A stretch of 63,983 nt of DNA, counting the filler, from Circinaria calcarea (Eukaryota), in assembly GCA_051942165.1 (NCBI GenBank). It is 5 parts of 5 records of this genome, joined end to end, with 100 filler letters (N's around TTAATTAATTAA, not from the genome) between each part and the next. Parts side by side here need not be neighbours in the genome. Positions count along the whole stretch, not along the records: positions 1 to 12,760 come from JAVECS010000540.1; 4 more parts are not named here. One strand, written 5' to 3'. Under the pieces are notes generated by a model. The model saw only the letters and a list, made by a program, of their open reading frames with translations. It was not told where the DNA came from and searched no databases. A program made the translations under genes and the position numbers. Shown piece by piece: positions 1 to 11,745 of this stretch. Positions within the stretch are counted from its first letter, which is position 1. Each line of letters starts with the position of its first letter.

Positions 1-304
1 CTGTTATGGAAAGTTAGTAATCTCCTATAAATAACCATTACACTTAAGTAGACTAATTATATTAGGACCTGCCTTGATCAATTGCTCACTTACTTACCGA
101 CAAAACCGACCTTTTCGCCAATTTCGAGCTTTATAGCATTATCCCTAAAGCTGCTGGATAGCGGTGCTCAATTTGAGCGGGGGCTTATAAATTCCCTGAA
201 TTATCGATCTCCATACGCTACTCCTTGGCTCGCTCAAGTTCCAGATTATGCAGAAGGTACAGTTTAATCCTTAGACTGATAGAATTTCTTGATAATAATA
301 AGCA

Positions 305-1844
305 GTGATACATTGCAACGATATAAGCTTAGCGGTACTCAACCAATCAGAATCCCAGCTTAGAAAGATAATCACAAGGTTACCTCACTTGGTTAATGAT
401 GCCAACGATTGTGGACAGACTCCTCTTCATTTATCTATAGGCTGGTCGGCTGGAATCAAGATACTTATTGAAGCTGGAGTTAATGTTGACCAGAAGGATC
501 GCTCTGGGCGCTCGCCAATTGTGTATGCTTGCTGGGCGTCAGATTTGGAAGCAGTAGGGCTCCTCGGACAAGCTGACTGTGCGTTACATACTGATAATGC
601 TTTCAACAATCCTTTGCGTTCCGCAGTCGACATATATGAGCATCCTCACGGTGCCGTAGAGCAGGTCGTGGACGCTGTGACAGCATTGCTGGCTAATAGG
701 CGACAACGACTTCAAGCCCTGCTCTGCACATTTCTGCATTTGGATAAACTAGATCAATTTCATCTATCCCAAGATCAAGTACTTGACGAATATGCCGTCG
801 CGGCATTTCAGTATCTGACTGATCATGAAATTACCGTCCCTGCAGCTTTATGTCCCGGGACTTTCCGAGCTTCAGTTTATCACACGCCTGGTCTTGACTG
901 GAGAACCTCAGAAAGTCTCTGGAATGCCGACTTTCGCGACGTCGATGGTTTTAATGATAGAGGACTGACACCTCTTATGAGTCAATGGATCAATGGATTC
1001 GAGTCCTTCGGAACTTATATAGAGCTTATGCTCTGGTTTGTGGCTAAAGGAGCAAGGATTCGCACGAAACAAATCAAATGGATTCTGGATCAAAACTCAG
1101 AACTTCATAGAAGGGATTACTCCCTTTCATCCGAAATGGGTAAAACGGCTTTGCATTGGATTGCAATGCATATCTCGCTGATGATTAATCGGGAAATTTC
1201 TGATAGGAGTTCAAAGTTGGAGCTCCGTACACTTTGGGAACAATTCAGCAGCCAGGTGTCCAATTTCAGCGAGACAGCAAAGCATTTTTTGGAGAGTCTT
1301 TTTACTGATCAAACCCAAGATAGCTGCCACTGCTCTTGTTCACAGCAAGGTTGCCGACCATCTATTATAGCTCTGAAATCACCCCTTTATGGCAATCTGC
1401 GACGTGGATTTAACGATTTCTTACACCACGAAGTCCGAAGCGAAGTCCGAAGAGTGTGGATAAGCAGATTTTTTAGCTCACGTAATTGGAACATCGGAAG
1501 AGGTTTTTCCGCAGCTGTTCATGGATCTCGTACGCCTCCTGACGTTCGAGGAACTCGAACTAACGCACACTTGCTGCCGAGTGAGTAATAATAGCATACA
1601 AGAGCCGCTTGACAAAACCGATATCCACGAAATTCATGATGAGGAGACAGTACTCCTCACCAAGCTCGAAGACTTGGTCCTAGAATTTCAAGAGAAGAAA
1701 ACTGAACTGAACGTTTCCATCATCGAGTTCCTGGAAGGATACTGGGAGACGCGGATGAAAGAGGTATTGAAGGAACCGGGATACTTGAACGAGGAAGAAT
1801 TGCAACGGATTGGTGTTGTGGTGCATAATATGGCAGATGAATAG
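305..1844 (+). pseudogene. Ankyrin-repeat protein (fungal family with C-terminal 'LTFEELELTHTCC' motif), frameshifted; 5' end unresolved
   Basis: Ankyrin motifs GQTPLHLS, GRSPIVYA and GLTPLM in ORF 305-1588. The conserved C-terminus lies in another frame (1521-1844). Removing one A at 1462/1463 joins them as VWIADFLAHVIGTSEEVFPQLFMDLVRLLTFEEL. Confidence 0.7.
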
Positions 1845-3407
1845 GAGTCTGTGGGAGAGTGTAAAGGTGAACTAGTGTCTGCGGAAGGGGGAGAAAATAA
1901 GCTGCAATCTGTGGAAAAGAAAGAACATGCGGTTGATTACCGATTTTTCGACATTGCATGAAAATATACCAAGGGTTAGAAAGGAGCGTGCACTATCTGC
2001 TTTTGCTCTTAATATTCCATCAAAGCTCAAATGCAATCGCTCTAGACCAGATATTGAATTTAAATGCCAAACCCAGCCTAAAATAATCTTATACACAATT
2101 TCCAGCTTAAGATAACCACAGGCCGCAGCTATAGCCGTGAAACCCGACTTCTCGAAATTGGCCGAAATATATAGAGAATGTAACGTGAAAACAGCGCTAA
2201 TTGGGCAAGGCACGCATCTTACTTGATATCTCAGCGATTCCCGCTTCTTTTCTTCATACGATTCATAAACGACTTACACACGCACTATACACACACGATA
2301 TATACACAGCATCCCACACAGTATTCCGTATCATTCATTCATACATACATACATTCCGGTCATACCGTGCAGCCTGTTGAAGACGTAGCGCCTCTCCCTG
2401 TAATACTCTTCTTTTCTAGAGGCAGAGCGCTAAGCGCAGGTGCTTGCTGGACCCCCTACCCTATATAATAAGCCTTTTAAGTTTAGTGTTTAGTGCCCGC
2501 TCCACTCCTGCGCTGATTAGAGCCGATAGTACGAAATTTTGGGCAAACGCTTACTGTTCCGGAATTGCCCCGCTTCTCACCCCCCCCGTTCGTTGCAATA
2601 TATAAAGAGTATCGCCCTGGCAGAAAAAGTAAGTAAAGAGCTTATGTTACCCGGCCGGATATTTAATCGGTCTTTATCGATGCGTCTGCGTGGATAACTG
2701 GCACGTTTAAAAAATTACTTTTTTAACAGCGACGAAAATTAAAAGTCGAAACTTTAGCTAGGGGATTCGTGTAAGGCCGTAGAGTACTTTACTTGAAAAA
2801 TCTAAGGCTAATTTATGTGGTAATGTGAGGCACGAGCAATATGATGGCTATACGCAGTATATGCGAGAACTAATCATTACAGAAAAGTGTGCTAGTGAAG
2901 GGTTTTTCACTATACGCCAAGACGCCAACCATACAAGGTATCGCCACCCCCTAAGCATAGAGCCTGACAGCCGCTTCTAATATACAAAATGTTCCCCCTT
3001 TCTCCTTCCACGGAAGGTCTGAGGGACCCTCATGACACTTAGCCTCTAGGATGTGTTATCAGATTCAAGTCTCTAGGGTGGGATAGGGTATGGTACATCG
3101 TAAAGGCTACGACAAATCGGCTTAGGTGGGAGAAATGCTTTACTGGAGATACAAATAAGAAGTCCGCTTATAGTGTTGAGCAGAATATGTGGTGGCATGC
3201 ATGAATAGCTATATGTATAAGGCCCAAAGAGGACAGAAAACTAGGTCGAAACAAGTAAAAAACACTAAGCCCTTTGCGGCTACTCTACTGGTAAGTCTTT
3301 AGCAGCGACTCGGGGGACTCCAGATTTAAACCCTCAACGTCGTTCCTTTGGTTCCAGGGCATTCCCAATTCGCCTGCTATGACTGATCGAAAACGCTTCT
3401 CTACTAC

Positions 3408-5193
3408 TTACTTCTTTCTAATTAAAAGCTCCGCCATCGGATTCGGAATAACAGAAAAGTCATGATGCATATCCTGGGGCCGCGCATCCCCCTCGGCGAA
3501 CTTCAAATCGTACCGTAGCAACAGCTCGACGAGGAGAATCTTGATCTCCTGCGAGACGAAAAAACGTCCCGGACACGCGTGGAAGCCGGCACCGAAACCG
3601 ATGGACTCGTTGGACACGGTGGCAAAGTGGAATTTTGCTGGATCGCCACTCTCGCGCATGCGGAAGAAACGCATGCCGTCGAACTTCTCGGGGTTGGCGT
3701 AGAAGTCGCTGTCGTGGTTCAGCTCGTGGTTGGGGAACGAGAGCATAGTGTTGGCTGGAAAATGTAGGCCGTCGGAGAAGGTATATGGGACTACGGTGGA
3801 GCGGTTTACCGTTACTGGCAAGACTTAGTTGGATGACTGTGGAGTCGCAGTTGGAGACACTCGGGTGTGCAATGCACCTACCTAATCCTATCGGATTCAT
3901 GCGCTGGCTTTCTGTCATGAAGCTGTCGAGCTTCCGCAGCTTGGCGAGACTTTGTTTTGTCCACTCGGGGGCCTCTCTCAGTACTTTTCGCACCTCTTCC
4001 ATGATTTCGGGGACATATTCTGGATGAGCCACAAGATCATACAAAATGGAAATAACCATAGAACCGGTGGAGTGAATCCCTGCTGTATGTAGAAACAGCT
4101 CCTCATCTGCAATTTGCTGCAATGTTTTCCGCTTTCCCCCAGAGGTGTCGAGCAGCCATTGGATACCATCTCTATGCTTTTCTCTATCGGATTTAGCCTC
4201 CGCAAGGCGCGCGGCGTACGTTGGCGCCAAGAGCTCAGCAGCTCTCTTGCGCAGTGCAGGCAACTTTCCGGACCCAGGGTGGAACCATCGTGCAAGCCAT
4301 CTCCATCGACGTGAATATGTCGCTCGGATGGATTTGGCTGCTTCCATGATGGCTATGGTATGCGTAACGGTAAGCTGAGACCACTCTGGGTTCCTGCCAA
4401 GCTCACTTCCTACAAGCACTCGACCGGTCACTTTGGATATGATAGGGAACAAAGTGTCCCAAGGTTTTAGAATCGTCCAGTCTATCGAATTAGAATCTCT
4501 TTTTATTCACTGTCTAGGTTGGGTTCGTCAACTTACCCTCGCAACTTGGGACCACGTTTTGTAATGCTATGATGCATTCTTCCTTCATCTCCTTCGCTAA
4601 CTCTCCTATAATGTATTAGTGTCGAGCAGCTTAATCATCAGTTTTTTGTGATATTATTTTACCAAGATTCTTATTGAGGTCGATTCTGCATACATGGGTT
4701 GCAGAATCTGATGGGAGTGCCGACCCACTAACTTCTAGCAGAAATGCCTGTAATGCCCTCAGTAAACACAATACCCCGTGGGTACCTATAGGGATGAACA
4801 GACCTGAGTGCTATACAGTGGGAAACTTAAACTCGTCTGCGGAGCTGATTTCACTTCATCGAGATATTTCCATGGCATGATGACTACTGGCCGCTGGTCG
4901 TCGACCGGATTCCTCATTCGAAATGCGAGTCCTCTTTTCGTATACTATCATCTCCGTGATTAGCCATCGCCAACAAACTAGGATTGCACGTGCAGGCTTT
5001 CTCGAACCCTTTCATATCCGTCATGTATGATCTCCCGAGTGCTGGTGACATATCTTTCCTGCGTATCGTCGTCGTCGAATTTGAGCACCGGAATAAGCGA
5101 CAGCGACTTGTCCGACCTGAATTTTCCGGCGCATGCTGCCAGCCCTGCAATACTTGCTACTGCGACCACACCAGTATACAAGACGGAAGACAT
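3408..5193 (-). CDS. Cytochrome P450 monooxygenase (secondary-metabolism type), about 6 exons
   Basis: N-terminal anchor MSSVLYTGVVAVASIAG, I-helix AGIHST, ExxR (ESQR), PEKFDGMRF, heme motif FGAGFHACPG; GT-AG introns join the ORF pieces. Confidence 0.93.
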
Positions 5194-5322
5194 GGCGCCT
5201 GCAAGAAGTTCAGGCCAGTGTTTGGGTGATTCCGCACATGTTCTGATCTTGTACTTGAATATGACTGTGATCTGGTGGCTCACTGGATTGTTCGGAGCCC
5301 TGCCTCGCAGGAGTCGGCGCAC

Positions 5323-5347
5323 CGAAGCCGAGAAAGTATTCGGCTTC
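5323..5347. promoter_or_regulatory. Candidate Zn2Cys6 site upstream of the P450 (inverted repeat GAAGCCGA-N8-TCGGCTTC)
   Basis: Perfect 8-bp inverted repeat containing CCG/CGG. The 11-mer CGAAGCCGAGA recurs at 9626-9636 upstream of another cluster gene. Confidence 0.3.
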
Positions 5348-5717
5348 AAGGATGTATGTTCTACACCATACCCTTTAGTCTTTTGCATGCATAGCAACTG
5401 ATGGAAGGAGGGTATAGCTTTTGCCTGTGTGGTCTGCGTGACTATAGGTGTTCCGCGCCAGCAGCCTTCACCACAGACCTGTGGTACCCTTTGTTTTCTT
5501 TACATATAGCCTATGGTATGTGGGCTCTAGGTTACTTACACTCTACATCATACTCACAAGGAGCCATATGTGAGTACGTCTGCGTTATAACCTGACTTCT
5601 ATCTACGTTGGCCCGGGTTTGGGAGGTTACATGCACTCAAATATCTGATCTGCCTGGCTGCGAATTGCAGCTAATACGGAGTGTGCAACCAGCGCTTGAG
5701 CCGTAAAGCTAGTTGTG

Positions 5718-6885
5718 CTAAGGCGAGCCTAGAAAAACTACCAGCTTCTGCGCAGAGATTGTCCGGCTCTTCAGCATCTCTATACCCTCAAGGACACCTT
5801 GCCAGGCTCCAGGAATGACCCGCGATGGATGCGCCCTAAGTTTACCATTGTCGATCAACTTCTGAATATCCCGATAATACTTAATCCCAAACTGGCGCTT
5901 CTCTGGATCCGCATCACTCCCGTACCCTTGGTCCAATGCAATTCGATCCCCGATGATTGCGGAACCAATGACGAATTCTATCTCGACAGTTGGCCGGGTG
6001 TGGTTTTTCGGTTGCCACATTTCCAGCGCAACATACTTGCCACCAGCTCGGCTTATACATTCATAGCAAAGCTTCTGTGTCTTGGCCTCCGTTAAGGGAT
6101 CAAGTACATACTGCAAGGTGTTGTTCGTGTAGGCTTTAATATCTCGTGCGCAGCTGGGAGACTTGTAGTCCCAGACGGCTTCTGCGCCGTATGACTTGAC
6201 GAGATCAAAGTTTTGGGGGGAACATGTTGTAATGGGGGTATGGCCCCAACTATGAGAATGTTAAATCAAAGCCGGGAGAATTCAGGGAAAGAGGAGGCTT
6301 CAAGCAGTACAATCTCAGTAATTGGATAGCCATTGTCCCAACAGATGTGCTACCGCCGTAGACAAGAACCTGCTCAGGCTGTTTTGCCGGCTCACTAGGT
6401 GTGCCCGGCAAACCCAGACTCCGGGATAATGCAAGACCCAAGGTTGCAATGCCACTGGCACCAATGGAAGCTGCCATTTGCCACGACATAGACTCTGGTT
6501 TGTGCAAGGTGAATTCGGGGTCTGCCCGAATGTACTGGGCGAAAGAACCCGACTCAGGATCGATAGGATTCGCTCCATACACAGCGCCGAAAACTGCATC
6601 ACCAATTTCAAATGAAGGGACCTTTGCAACGTTTGGCCCAATAGCGACCACCACTCCCGCAAAGTCTGTCCCATTACCCGCTCCAGGTGATGGGAATCGA
6701 TATGGCATCTTGTAATCGCAGGGATTGAGCGCCACGGCGATGACTCGAACCATCATTCTATCTGGTGGAATGTGGGGAAGCTTCACGCCTTCAGTGGTCT
6801 TGAGTATTCCACCTTCATACTGAACAATTGCCGTCTGAGTCCTCGGTAACTCGGGTGGAATGTAAGTAACCGGGTTTGGTACCAT
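5718..6885 (-). CDS. Trans-acting enoyl reductase (LovC/CcsC-like MDR), 2 exons
   Basis: QTAIVQ...VAVALNPCDYKM-type N-terminus (here VIAVALNPCDYKM), GTDFAG, GSFAQY, VLVYGGSTSVG, C-terminal SAQKLVV; one intron near 6255-6310. Confidence 0.92.
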
Positions 6886-7070
6886 ATTGGTTTTAGACTG
6901 AATGAAAGGGCCAGTGAGCTTATTAACTCTCCTTTGGGGCAATGCGGAATGATAGATCAAATAGTACGTTCTTGGTACACAATAGATGAAGGTTGGAGAA
7001 ATCAAAGGCGGCTGGATCTTTCGATATTGGGTATTAGCTGCGGTGGTTGCATGGGACTCTTCGAGCAACC

Positions 7071-7129
7071 AATCGGTGTGAAAGAAAATCCGGTGATTCG
7101 GTGATTCGGTGCTTCGGCGTGCTGAGTCA
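7071..7129. promoter_or_regulatory. CGG array in the bidirectional ER / Diels-Alderase promoter, plus a TGAGTCA (bZIP AP-1/Gcn4-type) site
   Basis: CGG at 7091, 7099, 7107 and 7115 (exact 8-bp period, CCGGTGATTCGGTGATTCGGTGCTTCGG); TGAGTCA at 7123-7129; lies in the 345-bp divergent intergenic region. Confidence 0.35.
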
Positions 7130-7230
7130 ATGCACGAAATCACTTTTCCTCATTGCAATTGATCTATTCTCCCGCAACTCCGCTGTGCTGAAAGAATTCA
7201 CCGTATCAACCACACTAGCGCAATTGAATC

Positions 7231-8478
7231 ATGTCGGCCTTGCGCTCTGTTTTCCAATCTTTCGCTTACCTGTCTCTACTTTCGCCTATTCACAGCTGGG
7301 AGTACAACTTTCCTGAACAATGGCAATCGCAATGGCCGGAGAACTGGCAGACGTCTTTAGGAATGGACCAAAGCTGCACGACAAATCACTTGACGGCCTT
7401 TGCGATGGCTAAGCCTGGGGAGCCGGTTTTTGTTTCCACCAGCCCTCTGGATGACTTCGAAGCACCAAAAGTCTTACCGCTGAATTCCACTGTAGGGGAG
7501 CAATGGGAGTTTGACGGAGTCTCCGAAGACGGGATGTTGTCGTTCATATTCGGGTTGTATCGAGATCCCGGATTGGCAATTATGGGATCGGGGAATTTGC
7601 GTGTCTCGGCCGAGCTTGCTTATGCCAACGGCACACGCTTTGGCCGAGTCGATTACCCAAGCGACTCTATTGTCGAGCAATGTCAGCAGGGAACTCGGGG
7701 AGTATGGAAGTCTAATGCCCTCAGCTACACTTTCGAGGTCTCCAAGGACATGAACAGGGTGAGGATCGGAGTCGACACGCCTGATCTGAAGGGAAACATT
7801 CTGATGAACTCGAGAACACTTCCCCGGTACGCTGATGCTTCAACCTGGCCTGCGAGCAATGCGACAACGAGTATCTCTCCTTATTTCCACTGGGTTGAGC
7901 CAGTGCCTGTTGGAGACGTCAAGGTAGACCTGATGGTAAAAGGGGAAAAATTTCGCTTTAGTGGACTGGGCGGCCATGCCCGTATCTGGTCGCCATTCAA
8001 CTGGTATACCTGCCTCAAAGCTATGAATGCTGTGCGTTTAATGGCCGGACCATATTCTCTATCGTACATGAAATTCACTTCAAAGCTCGGCGGTGGAAGC
8101 GAGTATCCATCCGTACTTCTGATGAAGGACGGCGAGAAAGTGTTCTCCAGCACGAAAGGGGAGGTATCAGATACAGAAGATTATGTGCTCCTAACGAAAA
8201 CTTACGATGGTCAAGTTACAGGAACCCTCCGTGATAAAGTCACCGGATATGAGCTTGAGCTGGTTTCGCCGAGGATGAGAAAACATTGGACTTTTATCGC
8301 GGAGCACAAGAACGTAGCGTTCGAGTACATCCTTGGCGGGGGCCGCGGAGGTAGTGGTTTCTCTAGCAGCTCTAGCGGCGGTCCAGTTGGTTTGGAGCAA
8401 TTCAGGGGCGTTGCCCTGACTGAGGCACTTAACTTCCCCGATAAATCTCCTCTATTCAAAGCCCAGTATGTGGAATAA
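7231..8478 (+). CDS. Fungal Diels-Alderase, CcsF/PyiF/PoxQ-like clade
   Basis: Intronless 415 aa. Motifs APKVLPLNSTVGEQWEFDGVSEDG, FGLYRDP, GNLRVS, FHWVEPVP and GLGGHARIW; divergently paired with the trans-ER. Confidence 0.88.
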   Translation: MSALRSVFQSFAYLSLLSPIHSWEYNFPEQWQSQWPENWQTSLGMDQSCTTNHLTAFAMAKPGEPVFVSTSPLDDFEAPKVLPLNSTVGEQWEFDGVSEDGMLSFIFGLYRDPGLAIMGSGNLRVSAELAYANGTRFGRVDYPSDSIVEQCQQGTRGVWKSNALSYTFEVSKDMNRVRIGVDTPDLKGNILMNSRTLPRYADASTWPASNATTSISPYFHWVEPVPVGDVKVDLMVKGEKFRFSGLGGHARIWSPFNWYTCLKAMNAVRLMAGPYSLSYMKFTSKLGGGSEYPSVLLMKDGEKVFSSTKGEVSDTEDYVLLTKTYDGQVTGTLRDKVTGYELELVSPRMRKHWTFIAEHKNVAFEYILGGGRGGSGFSSSSSGGPVGLEQFRGVALTEALNFPDKSPLFKAQYVE

Positions 8479-8763
8479 GTCGTAGATATTGTTAGATTCC
8501 TTTGCCTTTTTTTCTGGCTTGTGGGTTTGCATCGCTTTGGGTTTCGAAATATCTTTACTAGGAAAAATCGGCTGATTGAGACTGGAGAGCTAAGGCTCCC
8601 AGATATTAAAAAAAGCTTCGAAATTTATACTCTGCTCGAGTTATAGTGTGACAAGAATCACAAAGGCGAGTATGGCTAGAAAAATGGACGGGTTCGACCA
8701 CGTCAAATACACAAGGTTAGTATGCTACAGTATATTCAAATGCACCCCCTTAGGTCCAAAGCT

Positions 8764-9461
8764 TTATAACTCCCTGATAAAATCATAGACAACTCTCAAC
8801 TTCAATGATAAATCACCCTTTGTCGTTATGCTGTTTCTTGTGTGATATCGCTTGCCATTGATGTCCTCAAAGCCCCAGAAAGCAGAGGTTTCCCAGCCGT
8901 TCGTAACGCTCTTCACCACTTCCAAGATGGCCGTTCCCGGCTCTCCGCTCGCTTCAAACCTCGTACGTACGGTGGGATCATCGATGCTGGAGACAGGGAT
9001 ATATTGAATAGTGACGGCTATCTTGCCGAACAGAGGCACGCTTGCTTCACGAAGCATTGTGTCCAGAATATAGGTGTCTTTGGAACTGAAACCGCCAGGA
9101 CTGATGATTTGAGTTACCTCGATCATTGTAGTAGGCGTGTCTTCCGGAGTTGCGGGTCGTCCGACGTTCTGGGTCGGAGGTAAAAGACTCTGCTCCATCA
9201 AGAGCTGGACGGTAGCAAAGTTGGCAACCTTTCGTAATATCCAGGGCAAGCCTTGCTGCAAGATAGCTTTTCAGCAATAAAGTCTGGATGGATTGTCTCT
9301 AGCACAAGTACCATGATGAATAAGGGGCTGAGATCATCCGATAGCTGCCGATTCTAGTTTCTGGTCAGCTGCGGTTGCTATTTTCCAAAATGGGTAACCC
9401 TAAGTACCATTGACCAGACGCCGGTCATATTGTGCACATTCTTGGAGCCCGGAGCCGCCAT
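8764..9461 (-). CDS. Small lipocalin-like protein (PydY-pericyclase-like family), 3 exons
   Basis: Manual splicing gives MAAPGSKNVHNMTGVWSM/NRQLSDDLSPLFIM/QGLPWILRKVANFATVQL...GWETSAFWGFEDINGKRYHTRN...RVVYDF, matching the family pattern MAAP...GxW.MN..LSD...QG.PW..RK...WGFE..G.R...VYD. Confidence 0.78.
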
Positions 9462-10002
9462 GATTAGTTAGCCAATGAATGGCAGAAATTGGCGGTTGTA
9501 GGTAAAAACGATCAAATGTCCTCCAGCGACAAGGATTGGAGTGATTTATATACGGCAGCAAATGGAGAGAAGCGCTTTGATTCGGGATAAATCCAATCAT
9601 ATGACTTGGCGTTCCTCAATCGTCACGAAGCCGAGACCGACGCCGAGTCTTTAAGCCGTTCCATTTCATCTTGAGCCCTGAGAGTTGTTGGCACCGGTGA
9701 AAATACGGAATTTTATTTCTGTATATAACATTACTTGTGTATGCGTCATCACCCATCTGAAAGGAGTACCGTGGCAGAATCTTTAATATGCGCTTTTTCG
9801 GAAATCGAATTCCACTTTTGGAGCTCCATAGGCGTCTTGCGGATGTTACCTTTCTATAGCATGCTAGGTACTCTGTTGTATAAATTGCCATTTTATAAAT
9901 CAGCCTAAGTAGCGGTCTCGTCAATAATATTTTTTAAAGAAAACGCCTCAGCACCAAAAATGTTCTAGTTTAATCCATCTCTTTCTGGACTGTCTAATCT
10001 AT

Positions 10003-11745
10003 TTAGGGTGCTGAATTCTTCTCCCTTTTCTTCTCGAGTCCATATTCTGTGTGAAGTTCTGTTCTGAGTTTGATTTCTCGTTCGGCGAAAGAGACCAGAA
10101 ATGGAATACCAGCCATTACTACACCAATTTGCCATACCCGCTTTAGACTGTCGGTGTACACGCCCACAATCTCGCGCCTGAGAATCCCTTCGAATGAGTT
10201 GATAAAATCTCTGGATGCATGCTCATAAGCTTGTCCATTAGACAGCATCGCACGTACTGCTGGGTCACTAATACGAAGTAGGAGCGCATCAAACCGATTA
10301 TTGAAGACGGCAGCGGGAATGGAAACTCCCCAAATGTTTCCTAGACTGCGAATGAATGCCCACGTTGCGGTACTTGAAGCCGTATCGCTCTCCATGAGAT
10401 TAGCCTGCACTGCTGGCAGGAGAACTGCGACTATCATTCCCAATCCGGCAGCGATAATGATCTGAAAGCCGACCCAAGTTCCCGTATTGGAGTTCACATC
10501 GAGCAAAGAACAAAGACCAACTCCAAGAACAAGTAGTGCAAATCCAAATTGATGGACCGGTCGATATCTTCCGGTTTTCTGAACAATGCCGCCAGCAAGA
10601 GCGGCAAACGGTGGGAATACAAGTACTAAAGGCAGTAGCTGTACGCCAGACCTGGTTGGAGAGGATCCAAGGACTGATTGGAAATAGATCGGAAGGAAGT
10701 AGACTGTCCACATCGAGAGAATGGTGTGTTGGAAGGTCAAGAAAAATGCCGCAGACGAGGTCCTATTTCCAAATAGACGAGGGGGCATAACTGGGTGTCG
10801 ACAAAACGACGACTTTTCGAAGAAATAAAAGAGCAGCAAGCCTATGAGTCCCAGCGACAAAGGTATAGCGACATTTGGCGAAGACCAAGGATATCGGGTG
10901 CCACCATATGTTAAGGCATACAAGATGGAGAAGGTAGATGCGATGAGAGCTCCATTGCCAATCCAATCGATTTGTTTGATCCTTGCTATGAACGTAGAGT
11001 CACTTCGGTGTGAGACGTGCAGACAAACAAAGAGTATCACCATCGCGACACCTCCGATCGGAAGATTAATGTAGAATATCCAGCGCCAGGAAGCCCTTTC
11101 GGATAACGCTCCACCGATCAAGGGACCAACTGAGGATGATGTTGCAATGATTGCGAAGATTAATCCCACGAATGTTCCACGGTCTCTCAGGGGCACTAAA
11201 TCACAGATGATCAAGTCCACCAGAAGGTTGATACCACCGGCCCCAATGCCCTGAACGCCACGGCCGGCAATCAGCATGGCAGCACTGGAAGCTCCACCGC
11301 AGATTCCACTGCCCAGTGTGAAGATTGCCACAGTGGAGATCATAACCCATCTTCGACCCCAGAGGTCGGCGAGCTGTCCATAAATGGGCTGAAAGGTGGC
11401 ACTAAAGAACCTCGTCAGTTGGAAGCCTTGTTGTCGCGTGTTTGCTCACCTAGTTAGAAAGTAGATATTGATAACCCATACGTAGTTGTCACCCACATTC
11501 AACTCACGTAAAATCGTCGGGAGGGCTGTGGATACAATTGAACCATCAAGGGCGCTGAGAAGAGCTGTAAGAGATAGCCCAGCAAAGATGGCCCAGAATC
11601 GTCCCCCATATCGATTCTTTTCCGTGGACTGCTGCTGGCTCTCCTCCGGAGGTGCGACTGTGAGCGGAACTATTGGCTCACCCGTAAGGTCACTCACAGG
11701 TTCCCCTTTGACCTTGACGTCTGTAAGAGCAATACTGTCAGACAT
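10003..11745 (-). CDS. MFS drug:H+ antiporter (14-TMS DHA2) efflux pump, 2 exons
   Basis: LSALDGSIVSTALPTI, GRGVQGIGAGG, WRWIFYINLPIG; many transmembrane helices; intron about 11404-11450. Confidence 0.92.

Noticed and set aside
2400..3400. Possible transposon relic between the ankyrin gene and the P450
   Set aside because: TpA-rich appearance only; no TIR, LTR or coding remnant identified.
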